NCBI GenBank assembly: GCA_013265495.1
Contig: MU058584.1
Span: 2,327,599-2,391,598, forward strand
Source: Vicugna vicugna
Taxonomy: Eukaryota
Direction of reading: 5' to 3'
DNA length: 64,000 bases
Shown: positions 53,611 to 64,000 of the stretch, in pieces
Layout: the number at the start of each line of letters is the position of its first letter
How positions within the stretch are numbered: position 1 is the first letter of the stretch
The notes under the pieces: model-generated
Seen by the model: the letters and a program-made list of their open reading frames with translations, nothing else
Databases searched by the model: none
What the model was told of the DNA's origin: nothing
Position numbers and translations under genes: made by a program

Positions 53611-56600
53611 GGAACCAGTATCTGAACATAGGCCAGAGAGAGCAAGGGAAGGTCCCCGAGGAAGATAGGAGACCAGAGAGGTAAACATGGGCAGATGACA
53701 AGCGGCCCGGATGCTGTGTTCCCCCACCTCCCCACTCTCCCCACCAGAGGGCCCACCAAGTAGGTTCTCGGTGGGGCGTGCAAGCTCTGAAGAGTGACAG
53801 CTCATTCGCTCAGACGTCCAGCATTGACTGGTGTGGAGCAGCAAGTAAAAGGAAGGATCATAAGAGGAACAAGTCAGTGCTCATCCCTCATGAGACTTCA
53901 GGCTGGTGAGATGTGCAGAAATAGAAACATGACCCTACGTTACAGGACATGGCGTTATCACGTTATGTTTCATTGCCATGTGGTGGGGTTGACTCATGGG
54001 GGTGAGCTGTGGAGGGGCCGGGGGAGCCTTGGAAGAGGAGGGAAGATGCTGACATGGGGAAGCTGAGCACCCATTCTTTTCCCGTTATTAGCATCACTGT
54101 TAGTTCCCCACCTCTCTCTCCTCTCCCGGCGCCTAGCCCTTCAGCCTCCAGTGCAGTTGGGTGTAAATCTTTATTGGCGAGTTGTTTCTCCTTGTGGTCA
54201 TACAGTAACAGGCCACTAAACCTGCCCGTGGGGTGAATTACGAGCCAGTCTCTGGAGCCCCAGCCCCTGTTGCCCACGGGATGGATTGCGGCGCTCCAGG
54301 CTGCTGGGCTCTTTATTTATTTATTTGTTTGCTTTAGCATATTTTAATCTGATCATTAAATTGCAATCTGCCACCCATCCCCATCCCCGACCGTCTTCAG
54401 ATGGAGCAGATTTTTCATAGGTAATGATACCTATAAACTTCAGGGATGGCAGCCCCAGGAGCAAACTGGGGGATGGAGTTGGGAGGGGTTGCAGAAACAC
54501 CCCTCCCCCTCACTCAGCCCTGGCTGTCCTGCTCAGCCTGACCTCTCCCCGGGGGCAGCTAGAGTGCCCACATTCTCCTGGGCAGCACCTGTGGCTTCTA
54601 GCCTGAGAAAAAGGTGCTGAGAAGGCGGAGGTGAGCCCCTACACCTTGTCCTCGAATGCATAAGGTCATCGCTGCTCTACAATGTGCCAGGCAGTAAAGG
54701 TGTCCAACCAGCCTGCATGATGCTGCATAAGAAAAGCTCTGTGCTGATAAATCAAAGACAAAGGGGATGCCAGATGGTACCATGGCGCCTGCATTTCTGA
54801 GGTCACCCATCCGATCTAGTACCGCTCTGCATGGGAGGGATTGCCACCTGATGGCGGGGCCACTACCCTGGGGAGAGTGACAGTCAGCATGGCTGTAATA
54901 TTGGCACCACTGATCTGTCTGGCATTTTATAAGGTGTGCTGACAAGTTCCGTTGGAGCCTCAACTACAGTCTTGCGAGCACAACAGGGTAGGTGTTGTGA
55001 TTCTCATTCTGAAACTGAGAACTGGAGACCATGGAGTGAATTCCAAGCTCCTTCTAGTACTCAGCCTATTATCCATGATTCCTTCATATTGCCCAGCCAT
55101 GGGAGTCTCAGAGAGCACAGGAAGTGTCACCAGATGCCAGAAGTCTCTGTGACAACACAGGGCAGCAAGAGACCAAATGTGTTTCAAAGCCATTGTGCCT
55201 GGAAGTCATCTTGAATGACATTCCCAGTTGATAATCTTGCTTAGGTTATGAGCTGCCCACAAAGATACAACCTTGATCCTGACCTTATTCTAATGAGAAC
55301 CATGGACATTAACTCTTCTCTGGTTCCACTCACGACCCGCAGAAGAACTTGAACCATAACCCAGATGCTAACTTGACTCATGGATTATTTGTTGATTGAT
55401 TACTTCATTATTTGTGCCCTTAAGGTTCCCAAGTTAAACAAGATGACTGTGCTTTGAAGAACTGTTCCAAGACCAAAGTTTTCAGAAATCAACTGAATTT
55501 TAAAACAAATAAATTGCATGGCATCTGACATACAAAAGGGACCTCAGAAATCCCCTGGCCTATCCCTTCCCTTTCCAAGCTGGACACCACCCTATGCCAC
55601 CCAATTTGTGGGATCTGACCTCTGATACAGTGGGGACTGATGGTTTTCAACAAGAGAGAAATTGTTATTGAAAGTCAGAATTTCTGAGAACCCCTCTAGG
55701 ATGACTGGATTAAAGAGGATGAAGTTGGCATCAGGGAAGGAGTCCATAGCGGAGATTAGGGAGTTAAGGAGACAGCGTGACTCAGACAACGACCGTGCAC
55801 TCGGCACCTGGAAAGCCCTTGGTTTAAAAGCTTTGTTCTGCTGCTTAGGAGCTGGGAGATCTTGAGCAAGTTATTCAGCCTCTCTGAGCCTCCTGAGCCA
55901 TTTTCTCCATCTGTGAAGCAGGATCTCAGGGCTGCCAGGATTCACGAGACCCCATATTTAAAGGGCACAGCACACACGTGACAGCGTGTGCTCCATCCAT
56001 CCCATTCCCCCTCACGCTTTGCCGATGTTCTGCCTTCGGCTTCACACTCAAGACCAGCTGTGAGATGGGGCGACACAGACTGTATCCCAGAGACCACACA
56101 GAAAAAAAAAAAAAAAAAGCCCTGTTGGGGTCCAAAATGCTTTGAGGTGCTGAGGAGAAAGCCACCATTTGTCATTGGGAAATTCACACGCAGGTGCCCA
56201 GGTGGCCCCAGAGCAGGAGCATCATGTGTGTCAGGTCGAGCACCCCATCGGGAAGGCGGCCTGAAAGCTGTCCTGTCCCCTGTCTGCACACACCTCGCCC
56301 ACTAGCTCTGGGGGCTCAGGAAACATTTTGCAGAGAAGAATCATAGACAAACCCCAGGATCAGCCGATCCCTGGGAAGGAAGGGAAGGCGGGCGGCAGAG
56401 GAGGAGTCAGGCCAGGCTTCAGTCACTGAGCACCAACTGTCTCGTATCCCCCCTGGATTTCTTGTCAATGATTATTCAATCTTGGGCCTGACCTTTCCAT
56501 TCTAAATAACACTGCAATATCAGCGCAGCCCAGCCCGCAGCTTTCGCAGGAAATTAACTGTATCTGGCTCTCACAGGAGACCCAGGAAATCCCCTTAGTA

Positions 56601-59194
56601 ACGAAGCCCAGGCTGGTTTACAGAAAAAAAGAGCCAGCGTCGGCTCCTTCACATACTCTCCTCCTAATACCCGTCTAAATATCACAGGGCTCCCAGCTGT
56701 TTCATTCTAATAAATACTCATCTATTCTCAAAACAGACAAATGTTAGGTCTCAGGTGGGCGCCGAGCTTTTCGTGCCGGAGGAAGAAGAGGCTGTGGAGA
56801 CAGGGAAAGAGCTGAGTGTCCTGCAGCCAGCCCTAGACTTCCGCTCGTGTCCGATGGCAGCTGGCGAACGTAGCTGATGGTTTCCCGCTTGGCCGGAGCC
56901 AGAGGTGACTTCGGAGGGAGGTCGCTTTCATAAACATCGTCCACACTGAACTGTCCTTCCTTCCCTCGGTGTCGGCCTCGGGTCCCAGAGCGGCTCCCCA
57001 CGGCGGAAAGGGCTTGGAGAGCCCAGGCCCGAGTGGGGTCTGCAGCTCTGCGTCGTGAGGGCTGGTGGGCCGGGAGAGGCAGCCGAAGCTCCACGCCTAA
57101 GGGTTTTATTGGGCAACCTGGGTCCGGGTCTCAGTTTTGCTCCTAACTAGCTCTATGACCAAGTAATTTTAATTAACTTCGTCTTAAAATGAATTTGCTT
57201 CTCGTGACCTTAGTTTCTTTACTTTTAAAACAAGAAGTTTGCACTTTTGAATTCTAGCATCTTTCAGCTCCAATATACTGTGATTCTAGCCAAACAAGTT
57301 TAAAACTAAATCAAAGGAACTATTTATTTGTGAGCAACGGGAGAGCATGTTTCCACGCCCTTGCTTGTCTGGGGTTCCACTGAACAGATCACAATGAGAG
57401 ACTGGACGGCATCACTCCCCACCCCCTATTTAGTTCAGAGAGTGGGATGGAGCAGATGTGTAGAAAACTCATCCACCTGTCTGCGGGGCTCTTGGATCCC
57501 ACGTCCACGCCCCTTTCACATGTGCTTGTCAACCAGATCAAGCTGATTACCTAAAATACTCTAGTTTCATAACAATTATTCCATCCTATTTAATTGCACC
57601 CCTAGGACATATGCTGCCCCGGGAAAAACTCAATGGAAGACAGGAGAAGGATTTAAGAAAAGTTCTCTGTCCCTAGAGAGCTGATGATCATGTCAGGCAA
57701 GAACTGTCTAGTGTAAAACTAGACAAGATATACTCATAGGGTCCAGCTGAGTGACAGTACAAAATGGTAAACAGTAGGTGCCTAATGACAGGTGTACGTG
57801 GTGGGTGCTGCAGGGGTTCAGAGACCAGAGTGCTCTCAGCAGGCAGAGGGACTGGGGGGACCTCTGAAGGATGTAGGGTGAGAGCCAGGCCTGGGAAGCC
57901 AGGTAGATTTTGATGGGTGGATATGAATGCCTCCAATTTATTGGCTCAATAAAGCAGGCATTACTTGGTGGGCAAATACATGTAAAGCAGGTTGGCAGCT
58001 TAATGTTGTGCTCACAGGCCCAGGCAGTCGGTGAGCTGGGTTTTCATGAACTGATCAAAAACACATTCCTACAGATTTCATGACATCTCTTTTAGGACAT
58101 CCCAGTGAGCCTGCCTCATCCTAGACAGATGGGATGGATCTCGGGGGAAAGGTCAGGTCTGACGGTAAGCGATTTCCAGAGCCTTGCTGGGGTTCTCAAG
58201 ATGTCTACCATTTTGCCAAATCTCCATCCGTCTGGAGTCCTTGGTGAGCCTGTGAGCATAACTTCCACCCAAACGGTGGCAAAGGAGGCCAATGGACCTT
58301 TCATCTTGCCTGTCGCAGAGTCCCCAGGTCTCAGAGTCTGAAGGAGGTTCCTCCCAGGAAGGCTGGACCACTCTCCTCCCTGTTGCCCTACTGGGCATCA
58401 TTCTCTATCATAGCCCAAATATGGATTTTGGGGGACACCTTTTGTTTAAAAGAACACATCAAACTCCAAGTTTCCCTTTACAAGGGCAGAGAGAGTACCT
58501 TACTCATCTCTGTGTCTCCGGCTCCCAGCCTAGTGGCAGACAGTTGGTGTCCTGTGCTGAAAGTGACAGTGGACCAGCTCAGCTGCTCTTAGTCTTTTTG
58601 GGGGCAGAGCTTCAGGTTCCATAAAGGATCTGAAAAAGGCCATCAGCCCTCTCCCCAGAGAAAAGGGAACATGCACATGCTTAGAGGATTTTATAAATGA
58701 TTTCTGGGGCCACGTGGGCTGCAGGATGAGCCCTGCTCCGGAGGGTGTATCAACCACTTAGCCTGCAGCCTCAGCCCGGACACTTCCAGTGGTGGGGAGG
58801 TCACCCCCTCCCCGTTTGTGAACAGCGTTAATGGTGGGAGGTGTCTTCTTTATACTGGATAGCAAGCTTTCTTTCTGTAATTCCACCCTCATCATTCTCC
58901 CCCGAGCAGCTTTACGCAGGGAAGGAGCTAACACTTCGTATCACAAGTCTCTGATGCATCATTACGTACATAACTGCTTTTCTAATGTTTATGGACTCTT
59001 GTCCCGAGCTTCCCTGCTCTTCCCTGACCTCTGCTATTCTTTGCTCTGATGGAGTTTATGTCTCTTCACTATCCTGTTTCTATGTCTTTGGAAAAAGCCC
59101 GGCTTATCATTACGCCTATTAAGTGTGGTACCCAGAGAGGGGCAGTGGAGACGGCCTGCTTTCTCCCTTTGTTCCAGACAACGAGCTTGCCTTT

Positions 59195-59500
59195 GCATGG
59201 CTTAAGACTGCATTGGCTTTTTGGCAGCTGCTTCACTCCACTGACCCATTAATGAGTAAAGAGTCACAGAATGCCCGCAAGCCTTTTCCAGGTGTGCTGT
59301 TGGTAAGCCCTACCTCCCTGCCGGGCGTGTGTGCAGCTGGCTGTTCAGAACTAATTATCCTACCCCAACATTCATCCTTGTTAAATGCCATCCTATTAGA
59401 CTTGGTCCTTGAGTCCAGCCTGGTGAGACCTTTTTGGATCCCGACTTGGTCATCCAGCATATCAGCTCATTACTCTCAGACAGTGGATGTTGTGTGCAAC
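59195..59500 (-). mobile_element. L3/CR1 reverse-transcriptase fossil
   Basis: Minus-strand translation LDDQVGIQKGLTRLDSRTKSNRMAFNKDEC resembles CR1 RT (LEDRIRIQKDLDRLERWAETNKMKFNKDKC). Downstream gcagctgccaaaaagccaatgcagtctt resembles the CR1 AAKKANA.L motif, here frameshifted. Confidence 0.8.
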
Positions 59501-59529
59501 AAAGAGCCACCATTTTTGGAGCGTGCCCC

Positions 59530-59720
59530 TAACAGATAACATGCTTTACACAGGAGATGATTTCATTCAACCTTCACCAACTCTGCGAAGCGTGTGCTGC
59601 CCCCACTTTACAGTCAAGCGTGCTGTGACTCAGAAAGGTTAAGTAACTTGTCCAAGGATGCACAGCCGGGATGCAGTAGAGTCAGAATTTGAACCCGGCT
59701 CTGTCTGATTCTGAAAGGCC
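59530..59720 (-). mobile_element. MIR SINE
   Basis: ccccactttacag...gactcagaaaggttaagtaacttgtccaagg...gagtcagaatttgaacccgg...tctgattc. Confidence 0.8.
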
Positions 59721-60183
59721 AGGGGCACAGCCACCCCAACTCTGCTGCTTGTCTCCAGGCCATTAATATTTTGGACCCAACGGGGCAGGCCCAGGGCTTT
59801 GCAGAAAAACACTAGAGAGCAGGTCTGGCTGAGGGTTGATTCATGTGTCATGATTCCTTTCCCGTGACTGACAGGGTACTTCCCACGGTACCCACCAGAT
59901 CCCAGGGAACAGCAAGAAGGATTTTGTACACCGTTTTGAGGAGACTCCTGTAGAGTAATCCCGTGCTGTTCCACGAGCCCCCTTAACCAGAGCAAAGCAT
60001 TTACACCTTTAAATGATGTGAGCGTGGGCTGACTTCTTTTGGTAGTTTCGTGCTGGCTTCTCTGTAAACCCCAGATTCCTCCACTACCTGTTCTGAAATG
60101 GTTGTTTAAGGAATTGAGCCTAGAGTCTTGCCCAGGAATATGGCTGAGTCTTCTCAGTCGGGAGTTGGCATTAGGAGGCATGG

Positions 60184-60318
60184 GGTGGGGGCGGGGGTGG
60201 GGAGGGGTACACCTTCTTACACCCGGGCTCTAAGAAAGCCAGAAGACGTCAGGTGGGGGCGGGGAGGGGGAGGGGTACACCTTCTTACACCCGGGCTCTA
60301 AGAAAGCCAGAAGACGTC
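60184..60318. repeat. Tandem duplication of a 67-bp G-rich unit (period 68)
   Basis: 60184-60250 and 60252-60318; the units differ only within the G-run head. Confidence 0.95.
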
Positions 60319-60772
60319 CGTCTTAATATTCTCTCCAGCATCCCACATACCCAACCAAATTAATTACAGATCAATCCTCCATGAATGTACACAAAGCTCT
60401 GTTGAATATGCTTTAAAATCTTAGCCAGGACAATCTCCTAAACTACACACTTAACACTTACATTATGGGACTCTCAGAGCGGGTGCCCAATGACAAACTT
60501 ATGTTTGGGCCTTACAATGACAGTTTTGCTTTTTTTTTTTTTTTATTACTACAGAAATAAATAAGTTCTTGTTGGCTTTCAATTTCAAAAACCCTGATTA
60601 CATTTCTTAATGGTTTCTTTTGTGGCAGACCCTTGGACCTGAGACCACTGAGGAATTCAAGGAAAAAATAGAGATCAGACTACATTAAAAAAGAAAAACA
60701 AACAAAAAAAGGGACATGAAGGGAGAGGGCACACACCTTTTGTTCTGGCTTTTGACTTGAAAACCAAATCTC

Positions 60773-61145
60773 CTGTATGTGGAATCTAAAAAAAAGGAAA
60801 AGACACAAATTTTGTTTAAAAACCATAGACCCACTGACACAGAAAATAAAACTCACTTGGGAAAGTGAGGACGAGGGATAAATTAGGAGTTTGAGATTAA
60901 CAGATACACATTACTATATATAAAACAGATTTAAAAAAGGACCTACTGTATAGCAGAGGGAGCAACATTCAATTTCTTGTACTGAGCTGTAAGAGAAAAG
61001 AATTTGAAGACATACATATGTATGTATATGGCTAACTTAATCACTTTGCTGTACACCTGAAACTAATGTTGTCAATTGACTACACTTTAATAAAAAATAA
61101 GAATTTAAAAAGAAAAAATACACAGATAAAACTTAAATTAAAAAA
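60773..61145 (+). mobile_element. Cetartiodactyl L1 3'UTR fragment with A-rich tail
   Basis: tatgtggaatctaaaaa...gggataaattaggagtttgagattaacagatacacattactatatataaaa...gctgtacacctgaaactaa... Confidence 0.85.
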
Positions 61146-64000
61146 GGAAAACAATTGTTATAGACACCAGCTCTATCTCTGTGAAGGCAGTGTCTTCTTA
61201 CCTTTGAAATGCCTACATAATTACCTTAAATTGTTTACTATAGAGTATCTTTCGAGATACATTTAAAAAATTCACTTGCTTAAAAAAAAAAGCCCAAACC
61301 TCCACAGGTGACCAGTCTGAGCAGCTGATGGGGGAGGAGGGGCGGGGCTGCATCCCCAGAAGTCTGCGATGTGCACCATCCAAGCGTCTGTTCCCTTTAG
61401 CGGGGGTTTCCCGGCAGGAGGCGCCGGTGCCCGCCCGCTGCTGGGTGAAGCTTGGTCCTGGACCTCTGCTGGATAAGCATGTTGTTTGGCCCAAGGCTTC
61501 CCTCCAGGCTGTTGGGTGGGGCTAGGTCTTGGTGCTAATGATCCAATCAAGATGTCAGCCTCCAGGAAAGCTCATGTAGGTGAACACTCCTGGAATGTCC
61601 ACCACCAGCTTTTACGTCCCCTGCGTGAGCAGCAGCCGTCCCCCACGTCCCCAGGAGACCTTCCAAAACCATCAGGCAGGTCTGGCCCAGGTTCCTATGA
61701 AATCACTGCCTCTGCCCTTGGACCTGGTGCACGTGAGGCCCCATGCACGCTTCCCAAGAGAGTGAAGTTTCCGTCTCCCCCAGTCCTGTGGGGCTCCTGG
61801 AGCTAAGCCCCACTGGCCTTCAAAACCAGGTGTCCTGGGGCCTCCTCCTCCTCCTAGTGAGGAGCCCGACGTGGGGTTAGACCTCTCACTCCTGTGGGAG
61901 GGCCTCTGCGACTTGATGACTCTTCAGCTTGTGGGTCGCCCCCAACTCCGGGGGTGGGTAGGGGGCCCGTTTACATCACCAGGACGCCCCTCTACCGTCC
62001 TGCCGTGGTTCCCTCTTTATGCTTCCAGGTGCAGAAGGTCTTTTTTGGCTAGGTTCCAGTCTCTTTTTTCGATGGTTGTTCAGCAGTCAGTTGTGGTTTA
62101 GTTGCATTCATGACGGGAGGCGAGCTCGTGGTCCTACCACTCGGCCAACCCGACCAGAAAAAAAGCTTCTGGGGGTGGTTCGTTAAAGCATTTTCTTAGA
62201 TCACTTATGAGATTGTTTCTTTAATTACGTGCATGGTTGCCTGTTACATGCTTAGATATATTATTTCGCACATGCCTACAAATTCTTACTGTATAATTGT
62301 CACACACAGGAATCCACACTAGTAACCATCTTTCTGCTGCACGTTTTAACAGAGGTGGAATCATTACAGGCTGTCGTAGATGGGAAAATGGGGGGCCCTG
62401 GAGCAGTGAGCTTGTTCCGCACAGCCTCCTCCATCGCAAAACCCCCTTGCATGAAGGCTAAAGAGACAGAATTTTACCAAATCCGATTCCATGTAAATCC
62501 ACAGCTATCCCGGAATGGAAGAAACAGAAAGACCTTTGAAAGAACCAAAGCCAGTCACCCCAAAATAGTGGTGAAAAATTTGCAGCCCAGAGACACTTGC
62601 CTCAAAGGACATGGCTTATTGTCAGAGTTTAGGCTGGCTGGGTCCTCTGGGTAGCAGAGGCTGAGAAGTTAAGGACTGAAAAAGGGTTATTGGAGAGCTC
62701 CACCTGTGAAGGGAAAAGGGGAAGGAGGCATGACTGGGCACAGAAGCCAACAAAGGGCAATGCACACCTGAAAAGGGGGGCTCTGGAACCAGGTGAGCCC
62801 CATGTTGGGCAGAAATGGCAGACCCTGTACCAGGGCTGTGCTCGTCCCCTGTCTAAGGTGGACCATCAAGGCTCTAACAGTCAGGCACCGCCAGTCAGCC
62901 CACTCCGCTGGGCTGGGAGGGAGCCCTTCCTTGCAGGGGGACATGAGTGGTGGCTTCCGTGCCTGCCACACACCCGTGGGGTTCACTCTGGTGGACTCCA
63001 TGTCTCTTCGAGAGCGACACGGCTTCAGTGACTTTATAGTAATGGCAATGCTTATTTTTATTCATGGTAATGTGAGAGTGTTATCTCAGTACATATGTCC
63101 CCAATGCCAAGAACAGAAATATATATATGTATATATACCAAATGGTTTTTCATTAAAATATTTTACAGCCAGCACATGGGCAAGCTACTGGAAATGGCCT
63201 AAGGTGTCTCGAGCGTGGAGGTCAGTGAACTCCAGGCAACCCCTAGAATTTTCCATTAGTGAGTAGTTAGACGAAGTAATAAATAAATTATCATTAAGCA
63301 CTTTGCAAATATAGTGTTATGTAAATGCTAAATAATCATAATAATAGAGTAGTAGGCTGATCCCGATAAACGGGTCGGGCTTCCATGTCATTTAAAATGG
63401 ATGGCGCAGCAGTGTCTGTGAAGATGAATGAGGTCCTTGCCCGCAAAGCTCCGTCCACGCGGTCTCCCTGGCCGGGCGGCTCAGACCCCCACGTGAGTGG
63501 CTGCACTCGGCCCTGGCCTCCCGGGGACAATTAGCGGAGCAGAGGGATTCTGGCCGGCTCTAAGCGGGTAGTAAAAGGCTCCTGTGTAGGGATATTGGAA
63601 GGAGGCTGAGGTGAGCGTGGAGGGATTTGCATTTCTGAGAAGTCAGGAGTAATCTATGAGCAGGGGTGGGGGCAGAGCATGAGCATTTATTGAGTGCGTC
63701 CTGTGACCTAGACTCGGCTCTGTGTTTATTAGCTCCTTTATCCTCCAGGCCAGCACCTTAAGGTAACAGAGGAGCAGAATAAAGCAGAAGGCATGACTAT
63801 TTTTTGTAGAAAAGCAAGAAAGCCCGACCCCATTGGTGTAGCCAGTGATTTGTTTTTTGCATTCTGGGCGGGAGGGGCACCTGGAGGAAGGGAGGGGCCC
63901 CCAGGGAATGAGAGAACGCCTAACCCAATGATTGATCGCAACCCCCGAGGGCTGGGACCTTTCAGGACACACATTCGTATGATGACATCTCTTCCTCCTT

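Noticed and set aside
55393..55400. Isolated TGATTGAT PBX-HOX octamers (also 63929-63936; TGATTTAT at 25615-25622)
   Set aside because: Single AT-rich 8-mers are expected by chance in 64 kb and lack supporting motif clusters.
59233..59460. ORF with reverse-transcriptase-like peptide
   Set aside because: Short, degenerate fragment of an L3/CR1 fossil; not a functional gene.
48200..64000. A second protein-coding gene downstream of PBX1
   Set aside because: No ORF with recognisable homology or consistent exon structure; the region is dominated by old repeats.

Overview
This is mammalian genomic DNA, very probably camelid (camel/alpaca), judged from two tRNA-Ala-derived vic-1-type SINEs and cetartiodactyl-type L1 3' ends. 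It holds the 3' half of the TALE homeodomain gene PBX1 on the + strand. The window opens inside intron 6 and then contains cassette exon 7 (6483-6595), exon 8 (7916-8005), a 25-kb intron 8 and terminal exon 9 (CDS 33006-33098, then a ~5.1-kb 3'UTR to a poly(A) site near 38227). The last ~26 kb is intergenic and repeat-rich. It includes a MIR split by a MER21 LTR and an L1, a two-LTR ERV1-type provirus remnant (43675-48149, minus strand), L2/L3/MIR/L1 fossils and small tandem duplications. Almost all ORFs in the supplied track are spurious. I see no convincing wholly new biological system. The best leads are regulatory: (i) two intronic CpG-retaining modules share an identical PBX-HOX site (TGATTTACGG) plus an inverted CCGTAA half, suggesting auto/cross-regulation; (ii) a candidate in-frame alternative acceptor inside the 3'UTR would give a new 104-aa C-terminus; (iii) exon 8 is dual-frame and its PBX1b stop sits just inside the NMD-escape zone; (iv) splicing and miRNA motif clusters. 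Repeat family names come from recalled consensus sequences, not a database search, and old-repeat boundaries are approximate.
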